Below, in pieces: positions 9,116 to 17,243 of a stretch of DNA of 64,000 nt. Position 1 is the stretch's first letter, and each line of letters begins with the position of its first letter. The notes under the pieces are model-generated. The model worked only from the letters and a program-made list of their open reading frames with translations. It ran no database searches and was not told where the DNA came from. Both the position numbers and the translations under genes were made by a program. This DNA is from Candidatus Beckwithbacteria bacterium (GTDB taxonomy: Bacteria > Patescibacteriota > Microgenomatia > UBA1400 > CG1-02-47-37): assembly GCA_043803225.1 (NCBI GenBank), contig JAZDKF010000027.1, forward strand, positions 22,406-86,405, in the 5' to 3' direction.

Positions 9116-9860
9116 GTTAAAGTATTGCGGTCCGGATAAGAATAAAGAACTAGAAGGATATTTAAAAACCAAGACGACTGATTGGGGTTTGGAAAGGATT
9201 TTAAAAGAGTTTAAAGCAATGCAGCCATACTTGAAATTGATTGCCCGGGAAAATGGGATAGCGGATGAGTTTGATGAGCGGGTAGTAGAAGCATATTGGT
9301 TGGGAAATGAGCTGCTGGATAAAGTGAGTTTGAAAGGGTTTTTTGATCACGCTTTAGGCAAGCTGGATAGGAAAAGTTTAAAGTGGTTTGAAGTAAAACT
9401 GGGACGAGGCGCGAAGCCAAACCACAGTTTCCATGTGTTTAATTTTTGGAAGCGGACAGGATATGTGGCAAGATTACACACAATTGAAACTATGGATAAT
9501 TGCAGGATTTCATGCGGTAAAGTTATTCGGCCTATGCTTGGCAATACGAAATTTTTGCGTGCTCACAGCTATCTGACTGAATCAGATGAGACGCTGCGCG
9601 CGCAAAAATCTGTATTTGCCATCGCTGGCCGAAATTCACACAGCCTACTGGTTAACACAGATAGATTGGTTTATAAGAATGGCAAGCTGGGCTTTGAGCC
9701 GGCGGTTAAAGAAATCAGTTTTTTGGAAGGGAAGTATCATCCGGAGGAGTTAGTGACGTTTCACTGGAATATGGTGTGCGAAAAGATTAATAAAACCCAG
9801 AAGGAAAATTTAGACAAATACACCAGATTGGCTTTGAACCTAGCGAATTTAACGGTATAA
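9069..9860 (+). CDS. Hypothetical protein; its reading frame runs straight through copy 1 of the repeated element at 9547-9610.
   Basis: Continuous 263 aa ORF. The segment 'KFLRAHSYLTESDETLRAQKS' is encoded by the repeat element. No known domain recognised. Confidence 0.3.
   Translation: MQGLLRCSRYGLAPNKLKYCGPDKNKELEGYLKTKTTDWGLERILKEFKAMQPYLKLIARENGIADEFDERVVEAYWLGNELLDKVSLKGFFDHALGKLDRKSLKWFEVKLGRGAKPNHSFHVFNFWKRTGYVARLHTIETMDNCRISCGKVIRPMLGNTKFLRAHSYLTESDETLRAQKSVFAIAGRNSHSLLVNTDRLVYKNGKLGFEPAVKEISFLEGKYHPEELVTFHWNMVCEKINKTQKENLDKYTRLALNLANLTV
9547..9610. repeat. Copy 1 of a ~65-75 nt conserved hairpin element (MITE-like or structured-RNA-like), inside an ORF.
   Basis: 'aaatttttgcgtgctcacagctatctgactgaatcagatgagacgctgcgcgcgcaaaaat'. 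The same flanks are at 20335-20404 and 45948-46025. The central stem is 'atctga'/'tcagat'. Confidence 0.7.
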
Positions 9861-9870
9861 TAGCGCCAAG

Positions 9871-10290
9871 ATGAAACAGAAAGTAGAAACAACCAAAGCG
9901 CCGAAAGCAATGGGGCCTTATTCCCAGGCGATAACCGTGGGTAATTTGGTGCTGACTTCCGGGCAGATTCACTTAACCGCAGAGGGGAAATTGTTAAAGG
10001 GGACAATTGAAGCACAGACGCATCAAGTAATGAAAAATTTAGGAGCGGTTTTAGACGCAGCCGGAGTGAGTTTTAAAGAGGTGGTGAAGGCAACAATTTA
10101 TGTGACGGACATGGCGATTTACGGAAAGATTAACGAAGTTTATGGCAGTTATTTTTCGGAGCCATTTCCGGCCAGAGAAACAGTTCAAGCAGCAGCTTTA
10201 CCATTAGGGGCAGAGGTGGAAATCAGCTTGGTAGCGGTGAAGAAAGATTGTTGCAGTGAAGATAATCAAGGAGGCTGTTGTTGTAGTTAA
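9871..10290 (+). CDS. ridA: RidA/YjgF (reactive intermediate deaminase) family protein with a Cys-rich C-terminal tail.
   Basis: 'KAPKAMGPYSQAI...TSGQI' and the overall YjgF pattern. An extra C-terminal 'KKDCCSEDNQGGCCCS' is present. Confidence 0.7.
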   Translation: MKQKVETTKAPKAMGPYSQAITVGNLVLTSGQIHLTAEGKLLKGTIEAQTHQVMKNLGAVLDAAGVSFKEVVKATIYVTDMAIYGKINEVYGSYFSEPFPARETVQAAALPLGAEVEISLVAVKKDCCSEDNQGGCCCS

Positions 10291-10312
10291 ATAAATTAAT
10301 AAATAACAATTT

Positions 10313-10338
10313 AACCTCCTTAAATAGGAGGTTTTTTT
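10313..10338 (+). terminator. Rho-independent terminator whose 3' arm doubles as the Shine-Dalgarno of the next gene.
   Basis: 'aacctcc' / 'ggaggtt' stem with a 7-nt loop and a 'ttttttt' run. 'aggagg' lies 8 nt before the ATG at 10339. Confidence 0.5.
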
Positions 10339-10692
10339 ATGATCAAAATTATTGAAATTACCAAATTAAAACCGCATGAGCGGATTAGAAAAATTCATGC
10401 CAGAAAATTATTAAGGCAAATTATTATTGACGGCCGGTTAAAGAAGCCGATTATTGTTGATGGGAAAACAGGGGTAATTCTTGACGGCCATCACCGTTTT
10501 TGGGCAATTGGGCAGTTGGGTTTAAGCGGTATTCCTGCAAGAATAGTGAATTATCAAGATAAAAATATACAAGTAATTGCGTGGAGAAAAGGAGAGAAAA
10601 TTTCCAAAAGTGAAGTAATCAGAGCCGGAATGACAGGAAAGTTGTTGCGGCCGAAAACTTCCAGACATTTAATTCCTAAGGAACGATTATGA
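10339..10692 (+). CDS. Small ParB/Srx-fold protein (ParB-like nuclease/sulfiredoxin superfamily).
   Basis: 'KLKPHERIR...DGHHR' is a ParB/Srx-type motif (compare Srx 'GCHR', DUF262 'DGQQR'). 117 aa. The stop overlaps the start of the following cysteine synthase gene (ATGA). Confidence 0.45.
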   Translation: MIKIIEITKLKPHERIRKIHARKLLRQIIIDGRLKKPIIVDGKTGVILDGHHRFWAIGQLGLSGIPARIVNYQDKNIQVIAWRKGEKISKSEVIRAGMTGKLLRPKTSRHLIPKERL

Positions 10693-11561
10693 AAAATTTA
10701 TTACAAACAATCGGCAAGACGCCTATGGTGAAACTGGAAAGATATTCCACTAAGCGAGTTAAGATTTTTGCCAAACTGGAAGGCAATAATCCGGGCGGGT
10801 CAATTAAAGACAGGATTGGTTTGCGGATGGTCGAAGAGGCGGAAAAGAAAGGAATAATTCAGGGAAGGGAGTTATTGGAGGCGACCAGCGGCAACACCGG
10901 AATTGCTTTAGCGATGATTTCGGCGATTAAGGGATATAAATTTACCGCAGTAATGCCGGAGAGCGTGAGTTTAGAAAGGCGGAAATTATTGACCGCCTAT
11001 GGGGCGAAAATTATTCTGACAGACGGAGCCAGAGGTACTAATTATGCTATTAAAGTGGCTAAAGAAATAATGAAAGAGAATAAAGATAAATACTTGATGC
11101 TGAACCAGTTTGAAAATAAGGCAAATGTTTTGGCTCACTTTGAAACTACCGGCAGGGAGATTATTGAACAGCAGCCGGAAATAACTCATTTTGTGGCGGG
11201 AATGGGCACGGGCGGGACATTGATGGGCGTGGGGAAAAGATTGAAAGAGTTTAAGGCAAATATTCAAATAATCGGAGTTGAACCAAGAGCCGGGTCCAAA
11301 ATACAGGGCTTAAGAAATATGAAAGAGTATGTGCCCAAGATTTTTAAGGAAAAAAGGCTGGATAAAAAACTAGTAATAAAAGAAGATAAGATTGCGTTTG
11401 AGTTAATGAAGGATTTATTTAAAAAAGAAGGTTTATCGGTAGGAATTTCTTCCGGGGCCGGGCTTTGGGGAGCGATGGAGACAGCGAAAAAAATTAAAAA
11501 AGGAATAATTGTGACTATTTTTCCAGACAGGGGAGACAGGTATCTAAGCAATTGGCTATAA
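10689..11561 (+). CDS. cysK: PLP-dependent cysteine synthase family (CysK/CysM; O-acetyl- or O-phosphoserine sulfhydrylase).
   Basis: 'NPGGSIKDRIG' carries the PLP-Lys. 'SGNTGIALA' and 'GTGGT' loops are typical of the tryptophan-synthase-beta superfamily CysK/CysM. Confidence 0.75.
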   Translation: MKNLLQTIGKTPMVKLERYSTKRVKIFAKLEGNNPGGSIKDRIGLRMVEEAEKKGIIQGRELLEATSGNTGIALAMISAIKGYKFTAVMPESVSLERRKLLTAYGAKIILTDGARGTNYAIKVAKEIMKENKDKYLMLNQFENKANVLAHFETTGREIIEQQPEITHFVAGMGTGGTLMGVGKRLKEFKANIQIIGVEPRAGSKIQGLRNMKEYVPKIFKEKRLDKKLVIKEDKIAFELMKDLFKKEGLSVGISSGAGLWGAMETAKKIKKGIIVTIFPDRGDRYLSNWL

Positions 11562-11569
11562 TTTAACTA

Positions 11570-11923
11570 ATGAAAGTATCAGTGTTTGGGAATAAAGATT
11601 TAATCGAAGACAGGGCGGCAGTGGAGTTAATTCCGTGGCTGAAAAATAAATATCCGAAGGCGGAGATTAAAATTGAAGATCCAACTGAAGGATTGAAGCC
11701 GCCGGAAGACGGCAATTGGGTAGTGGTGGATGCGTGCCAAGGAATTAATAAAATAACCGAGTTTGATAATTTAGACCAGTTTGAAGCGAAAAGAAGAGTT
11801 TCGGTCCATGACTATGAAGTGGTGATGGAATTGAAGTTGATATTGAAGCTAGGCAAAGTGAAAAGCTTAAAGGTAATCGGGGTGCCGATGAAAGTTATTC
11901 GTCCGGGGTCTGGCCAAAAATAG
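11570..11923 (+). CDS. [NiFe]-hydrogenase maturation endopeptidase-like protein (HycI/HybD family, short form).
   Basis: 'VFGNKDLIEDRAA' (GN...[DE] metal ligand), 'VVVDAC' (DA motif), 'SVHDY' (His ligand) and a C-terminal 'VIGVP' (compare 'lIGVe'/'GIQP'). Spacing is similar to HycI/HybD. Confidence 0.45.
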   Translation: MKVSVFGNKDLIEDRAAVELIPWLKNKYPKAEIKIEDPTEGLKPPEDGNWVVVDACQGINKITEFDNLDQFEAKRRVSVHDYEVVMELKLILKLGKVKSLKVIGVPMKVIRPGSGQK

Positions 11924-12524
11924 TAATGGTGGTGCCGGGGTTGTCAGCTGACGCATAGATGCTGCGCTGGCCCTGCAGATCGGGTTGGGCCCAATAAAAG
12001 AGCTGGGCAACTTCTTCGGTTTTCATATTAATACAGCCGTGAGACATGGGGTGGCCGAAGTTGTCATGCCAGTAAGTGCCGTGAAGACCAAAACCGCGGG
12101 ACTTGGGAACTTCATCGCTATAAAAGAACATGGTGTAGGGGACATTGGGGAGGTAGTAGTAGGTATTTAGGGCTTTGGAACCGCCTTCCATTTTAGTATA
12201 GCGAAGCTTGGTCCAGATTTGAAAAGTGCCGGTGGGAGTCCGACCCCATTTTCCGGAAGAAATCAGAAAGTTATAAACAAGATTATTGTCTTCGTAGGCA
12301 TAGAGGCGTTGATTAGTCAGATCGATCTCGATTCTTTTATCAGCAGTGTTTTGACCCAGAACTATAGGTGGAAGGGTGTCGGTTTGAGCCAGGGGAGAAG
12401 ATACAGTCAGATTATTGAAAATTGCCTGAGGCGGAGTGGGATCAAAATCAGCGGAGAGGTGATTAAGGTCGAGGTTTTTTTGGCGGGAAAAAAGCAGGGT
12501 TAAAAAGACGATGAAGAGTTTCAT
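11895..12524 (-). CDS. L,D-transpeptidase (YkuD domain), secreted.
   Basis: Catalytic 'HGTYWHDNFGHPMSHGCINM' (His...SHGC). Start placed at 'MKLFIVFLTLLFS' (signal peptide). The ORF track allows 12569. Confidence 0.7.
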   Translation of the reverse strand: MKLFIVFLTLLFSRQKNLDLNHLSADFDPTPPQAIFNNLTVSSPLAQTDTLPPIVLGQNTADKRIEIDLTNQRLYAYEDNNLVYNFLISSGKWGRTPTGTFQIWTKLRYTKMEGGSKALNTYYYLPNVPYTMFFYSDEVPKSRGFGLHGTYWHDNFGHPMSHGCINMKTEEVAQLFYWAQPDLQGQRSIYASADNPGTTITIFGQTPDE

Positions 12525-13828
12525 TGCTTCCAGTTTATCTTTAAAAAGTGGGAGGCACAACTCATACAAGGATCATAAGCCCTGATTAAGACTTCGATTT
12601 CGTGTTCAAGTTCGGCCTTGAGGTTAGCGTTAAGGGTTTGGTTTTTGAGTTTGTTTTCAACCAGAATTTTGATGTCGTTTTGGATGTTTAGCTGGTTTTG
12701 GCCGGTGGGAACCAGGATTTCTGCATCTTTAACCAGATGATTTTCAATCGAGAGGTGGTGGTAGAGAATTCCCCGGGGAGCTTCAACTACACCGAAGCCT
12801 TCTCCGGAAGAGAGCTGGGATTTAACTAGGGGTTCGGGTTGGAATTTAGCTGAGGGGAGAATGGATAAAGTGTCGTCGATGGCATTTAAGATTTCAATAG
12901 CTTGGGCGAGATTGTTGTGATAGAGGTTGTGGGAGGGAAAAAGTTTTAAAGCAGCAGCAGCGCCGACTTTGGTTTGAGAATTTAAGGAGTTTTTATTGAG
13001 ATTGATTCGAGCCAGAGCGCCAGTAAAGTAAGGTCGGTCTTTATAGGTATAGGCAGAAGCCTGGGAGTACGGCAGGGCAAGGTGGTGGAGTTGGGAGCGG
13101 TAGTTATTTTGATGAATGCAGAGGCCGTCAGAACTGCAGATTTCACCGACAAGGTAAGAATAGTCGGGGTTTTTGTGGGATAAGTAGGGAGTGGAATGAG
13201 TTTGGGTTAAAGGGCAGTCGGCAAAGATGTGGATTAATTTTAAGACGGCCGGTCTGACAGCCTGGAATTTGGCAATGACTGGTTGGATGGTTTGGGGGTT
13301 GGGAAGCTGAGTAAAGCCGCCAACCTGGGGCAGGGGGGCATGGACCGAGCGGCCGCCGGCAAGGATAGAGAGTTGGTTGCCGGCATCTTTGACGTCAAAA
13401 GCATCGTGGACCAGCTGATGTTGTTTAGGGTCAGAGTCGTTAAAGTCTAAAAGGGAGTTCTTTTGAAATAAATCGGGAAGGACAAAGAGGTAAAGATGGA
13501 GGGCATGGTCGCGGATGATCAGGCCGTTGATAATCAGACGACGCAGGAGCATAGTTTGAGCCGAGGGGGTAATTTTTAAAGCGTTTTCCACGGCTTCAAT
13601 CGCGGCGAGGATATGGGCGTTGCTGCAGGTGCCGCAGATGCGGGCGAGAAGGGTAGGGGCGGCCAGGGCGGCTTTGCCGACAACTGCCTGAGTGTAGAAG
13701 CGTTTGTATTCGGTAATTTTAAAGTGGCATTTGGTGACTTGGCCATCCTGGATGGATAGGTCCAAACCAGCAGCACCCTCGATTTTGGAGATTTCTTCAA
13801 GTGATAGGTCTAAATTTATTTGATGCAT
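12521..13828 (-). CDS. [NiFe]-hydrogenase large (catalytic) subunit.
   Basis: N-terminal 'RICGTCSNAH' (RxCGxCxxxH) and C-terminal 'DPCMSCASH' (DPCxxCxxH) Ni-Fe ligand motifs. An 8-residue extension ('FLKINWKQ') follows the His, consistent with endoproteolytic maturation. Confidence 0.75.
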   Translation of the reverse strand: MHQINLDLSLEEISKIEGAAGLDLSIQDGQVTKCHFKITEYKRFYTQAVVGKAALAAPTLLARICGTCSNAHILAAIEAVENALKITPSAQTMLLRRLIINGLIIRDHALHLYLFVLPDLFQKNSLLDFNDSDPKQHQLVHDAFDVKDAGNQLSILAGGRSVHAPLPQVGGFTQLPNPQTIQPVIAKFQAVRPAVLKLIHIFADCPLTQTHSTPYLSHKNPDYSYLVGEICSSDGLCIHQNNYRSQLHHLALPYSQASAYTYKDRPYFTGALARINLNKNSLNSQTKVGAAAALKLFPSHNLYHNNLAQAIEILNAIDDTLSILPSAKFQPEPLVKSQLSSGEGFGVVEAPRGILYHHLSIENHLVKDAEILVPTGQNQLNIQNDIKILVENKLKNQTLNANLKAELEHEIEVLIRAYDPCMSCASHFLKINWKQ

Positions 13829-14286
13829 AATTTATTTATTAATTCGATAAATTTTATTTCGTCCATGGGGCAGCCAGGGACAGAGTAGTCAACGGTAACC
13901 AAGTCGGAAAGTTTATGAACCTGATCGCTGTATTGAAATTTTTCTAAGATTGGTTGAATTTGGGCTTTTTGGTCGGGATTGAAAAGATTTCTTTGAGCCG
14001 AGGGGTGACCGGTGACAGCACAGGAACCGATGGCGACTAAGGTTTTAGCCAAAGAACGGATGATTTTTAATTTTTCGGCATCTTTATCCGAGGAGATAGC
14101 CCCCTCAATAAAAGCAACATCCATTAGGTCTAAAGGGGGAGATTTTCTTAAAGCCTTGGCGTATTTAAAGTCAATTTTAGAAGTCCAGTCCTGCCAATGC
14201 TGGTTTAAAATTTCGAGCATTAAAATGGTTGAGTCTTCAGAACAGGTAAAAGTAAACCAACCAACAGTGAGCTTTCTCATTGACAT
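13816..14286 (-). CDS. [NiFe]-hydrogenase small subunit, short NuoB-like form (proximal 4Fe-4S only).
   Basis: 'GSCAVTG' (GxCAxxG) and 'VPGCPM' (GCPP) motifs. The N-terminal ligand motif is 'TCSED', where NuoB-type subunits have 'CCxxE' and groups 1-3 have 'CxGC'. 156 aa. Overlaps the large-subunit start by 13 nt. Confidence 0.55.
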   Translation of the reverse strand: MSMRKLTVGWFTFTCSEDSTILMLEILNQHWQDWTSKIDFKYAKALRKSPPLDLMDVAFIEGAISSDKDAEKLKIIRSLAKTLVAIGSCAVTGHPSAQRNLFNPDQKAQIQPILEKFQYSDQVHKLSDLVTVDYSVPGCPMDEIKFIELINKLCIK

Positions 14287-14338
14287 AGTGTAACAAATTT
14301 AGTAGATTTAAGCACCTGCCGGAGAAAGGCAGTTTTTT

Positions 14339-14911
14339 ATGAGGAGAGAATATTTATCACAGGATCAGTTAAGGGGATTGTGGGATGGAGTCTATAAACT
14401 GGCATTAGAATCGGTAACCAGTAATATTTTTGGAGAGTCCGGTTTAGTGACAGAATTAGTAAAATTACATGGATTGGGAATAAGATTGGTTAGGCCAAAA
14501 GCGGTCCAAACGAATGAGTTAGAATTATGGCAGAAAGATCCAGGGTTAGTCGATGAATCAGGTCATCTAATTTCCCGGATATTAATAGCGGGAGTTGATG
14601 AAAGAACAGTAAGGAAAGGGAAAGCTATAGCTTATTTAAGAATGGATAGGCGTGATAATAAATTAATAACTTTAGTTTGGAGTGATCAAGAGATAGGAAA
14701 TGTGGGACTAGAACATCATATTGGGGCGGAAGACGATTCTTGGTATGTAAGAGCACCAGATAGTGAAAGTCGAGTGGAAGTAGTTAAAAACAACGTTCTT
14801 TTTACAGCAGTTTTATTGCCAAAAGTTAATTTATTAATGCCGGCGGGGTTGCCAGCAGGATACAAACAGGTATTTGATCATAAAACCGGGATGATGATTG
14901 CGAGACCATAA
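14339..14911 (+). CDS. Hypothetical protein (AT-rich gene).
   Basis: 190 aa ORF, divergent from the hydrogenase genes. No known motif recognised. Confidence 0.3.
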   Translation: MRREYLSQDQLRGLWDGVYKLALESVTSNIFGESGLVTELVKLHGLGIRLVRPKAVQTNELELWQKDPGLVDESGHLISRILIAGVDERTVRKGKAIAYLRMDRRDNKLITLVWSDQEIGNVGLEHHIGAEDDSWYVRAPDSESRVEVVKNNVLFTAVLLPKVNLLMPAGLPAGYKQVFDHKTGMMIARP

Positions 14912-14957
14912 CTTTGGCTTGACATCGGGATTTGCTTTTAAGTATAAAGAAAGGAGA

Positions 14958-16205
14958 ATGTTACTACATAAAATCATGGATTTAATCAAAGAAATGGTGG
15001 AAGTCCGGGAGGGAAAAGTCACGGCGGTAGTGGAGAATAACTTGAAAGAAAGATGGGATGAATTAGCGGAAAAGGCGGTGTTTGGAGATGAAGAAGAGAA
15101 GCGGCAGGCGGGGTGGGTAATTTGGGAAGTAGGCCAGTTTGTCGGAGTCAGACCGGCCTCAATTAATGATTTATACATGGCCAGAGGCAGAGGCGAGGCG
15201 CCCTTAAATTTTACCGTACCGGCGATTAATGTCCGGGGGATGGCTTATGATTTTAGCCGGGCGATATTTAAAAGTGCCCAAGAGAGCCGGGTGGGAACCC
15301 TGATTGTAGAGATAGCTAAAAGCGAGCTTGATTATACCGGGCAAACACCGGAAGAGCTGGTAACAGTGGTATTGGCGGCGGCGATTCGGGAAGGTTGGCG
15401 GGGAGGGTTGGCATTTCAGCTGGATCATTGGGAAAATCCAGACGGTGTGGCGGAAGCCATAAAGGCAGGATTTTTAAACATTGATATTGATAAATCATTA
15501 TTACCTTTAAAAGCAAATATTAATCAAACAGTGAAAATGATCGAGCTAATCCGGGGAATAGAACCGGAAGGAGTGACAATGTCTTTGGGCGGAGAAATCG
15601 GCCATATCGGCGATAAAAATACGACGACGGCAGAAGTGGAAGCTTATATTAACGGAATTAATCAGAGTTTGAAAAAAGGGATAGTAGGTTTAAGTAAGAT
15701 TAGTGTGGCGACCGGAACCCATCACGGCGGAGTAATGTTGGCTGACGGGACTTTAGCAGAGGTAAAAGTAGACTTTAAAGCATTAGGGGAGATATCCAGA
15801 ATTTGCCGGCGATCAGGAATGGCGGGAGCGGTCCAGCACGGAGCTTCAACTTTAAGAGAGAAATATTTTAAAGAGTTTGTAAAATCTGAAACAGCGGAAG
15901 TTCATTTAGCCACAGAATTTCAAAATATTATTATGGATCATCCAAGTTTTCCTAAAGATTTATTGGAAAAGATGTACCAGTGGCTGGACAGTGAAGATGT
16001 TGAGCCAGCTCACTATAGTTTAAGGAAAAAGGCTTGGGGGAAGTTTAAAAAAGAGTGTTGGCAGATAGACAGCGGAGTCAGGGAAAAGATCAGGGAGGCG
16101 CTGGAACAGAAGTTAAAGTTTTTCTATAAAGAGTTAGGGGTGGAAGGAACAGGATTGCTGGCAAAAAAGTGGCTGAAACCGGTTGAACGGCATAAAGAAT
16201 TATGA
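14958..16205 (+). CDS. Class II (metal-dependent) fructose/tagatose-bisphosphate aldolase family, long form.
   Basis: 'NFTVPAINVRGMAYDFSRAIFKSAQESRVGTLIVEIA' parallels FbaA 'vPAfNv.N.E...Ai.eaA.e..sPvIlq.s'. A later 'HGAS' region is present. Start chosen at the Met with 'aaggag' RBS (14951-14956). Confidence 0.5.
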   Translation: MLLHKIMDLIKEMVEVREGKVTAVVENNLKERWDELAEKAVFGDEEEKRQAGWVIWEVGQFVGVRPASINDLYMARGRGEAPLNFTVPAINVRGMAYDFSRAIFKSAQESRVGTLIVEIAKSELDYTGQTPEELVTVVLAAAIREGWRGGLAFQLDHWENPDGVAEAIKAGFLNIDIDKSLLPLKANINQTVKMIELIRGIEPEGVTMSLGGEIGHIGDKNTTTAEVEAYINGINQSLKKGIVGLSKISVATGTHHGGVMLADGTLAEVKVDFKALGEISRICRRSGMAGAVQHGASTLREKYFKEFVKSETAEVHLATEFQNIIMDHPSFPKDLLEKMYQWLDSEDVEPAHYSLRKKAWGKFKKECWQIDSGVREKIREALEQKLKFFYKELGVEGTGLLAKKWLKPVERHKEL

Positions 16206-17215
16206 ATAAAAAAACAGTGAGAGACATAAATTTAAGAGGAAAAAAGATTTTATTGCGGGTGGATTATAATGTGGTTTTAGAGAATGGGCAGGTAGCAGAG
16301 GAATTGAGAATAAAACAGACAGTTCCGACAATAGAATATTTATTAAAGCAGGATAGCCAGCTGATTTTAATGTCGCATTTAGGCCGGCCGGAGGGAAAAG
16401 TGGTGGCAGAATTATCTTTGCGGCCGATAGCCGAGTATTTACAGAAGTTATTAAAAAAAGAAGTTAGTTTTATTGAACCACAGGGGCAAATTACGCTTTT
16501 GGAAAATGTCCGATTTGATCCCGGAGATGAAACTAATGACCCGGGGTTTAGCCAGCAGTTGGCCAGTTTGGGAGAGATTTTTGTAAATGATGCTTTCGGA
16601 GTTTGCCACCGGGCGCAGGCATCAACGGTAGGCATAACCAAGTTTTTACCGGCTGTGGCCGGGCTGCTGCTGGAAAAAGAAGTGGAGATGATTATGAAAG
16701 TAATGGAAAATCCGCTAAGGCCGTTGGTGGTAATAATCGGAGGGGCAAAGCTGGAGACAAAAATCGGAGTGATTAAGAAGTTATTAATCAAAGCGGATCA
16801 AATATTAATCGGCGGAGCAGTAGCCAATAAGTTGTTGGAAGAACCGGCCGGGGATAAAAAAATAATCCTGCCAGTCGACGGGGTACCACAGTTTTTCCAG
16901 ATGAAAGATATTGGATTAAGAACTCGAGAGCGGTTTGGCCAGATTATCAGTAGGGCAAAAACGATAATTTGGAACGGGCCGATGGGAATGTTTGAAGAGC
17001 TGAAGTTTAGCGGGGGAACGGATTTTATTTATGAGGCAATTAAAAAGAATAAACAAGCATTATCAATAGTCGGCGGCGGGGATACGCTAGGGGCATTAAA
17101 TAAAAATAAAGATTTTGAGACAAGTTTTACCCACGTGTCTACCGGCGGCGGAGCAATGCTGGAGCTGATTGAAAAAGGGACTCTTCCCGGCATTGAGGCG
17201 CTTGAAGACAAATAA
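16202..17215 (+). CDS. pgk: Phosphoglycerate kinase.
   Basis: 'LLRVDYNVV', 'SHLGRPEG', 'WNGPMGMFE' and 'GGGDTLGA' PGK motifs. Compact 337 aa form. Confidence 0.8.
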   Translation: MNKKTVRDINLRGKKILLRVDYNVVLENGQVAEELRIKQTVPTIEYLLKQDSQLILMSHLGRPEGKVVAELSLRPIAEYLQKLLKKEVSFIEPQGQITLLENVRFDPGDETNDPGFSQQLASLGEIFVNDAFGVCHRAQASTVGITKFLPAVAGLLLEKEVEMIMKVMENPLRPLVVIIGGAKLETKIGVIKKLLIKADQILIGGAVANKLLEEPAGDKKIILPVDGVPQFFQMKDIGLRTRERFGQIISRAKTIIWNGPMGMFEELKFSGGTDFIYEAIKKNKQALSIVGGGDTLGALNKNKDFETSFTHVSTGGGAMLELIEKGTLPGIEALEDK

Positions 17216-17243
17216 TTTGACTTATAGGTTATAATTTTGGCAA

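Noticed and set aside
9575-9606. Hammerhead-ribozyme core in the repeat element ('cagatgag' resembling CUGAUGAG)
   Set aside because: The match is imperfect (A for U at position 2). A correctly positioned GAAA box and cleavage-site helix III cannot be drawn, and the motif sits in a simple extended hairpin.
12219-13800. Antisense ORFs 12219-12503 (+), 11985-12170 (+) and 13576-13800 (-)
   Set aside because: They lie within or antisense to the L,D-transpeptidase and hydrogenase large-subunit genes, which carry strong conserved motifs. They are treated as non-coding shadows.
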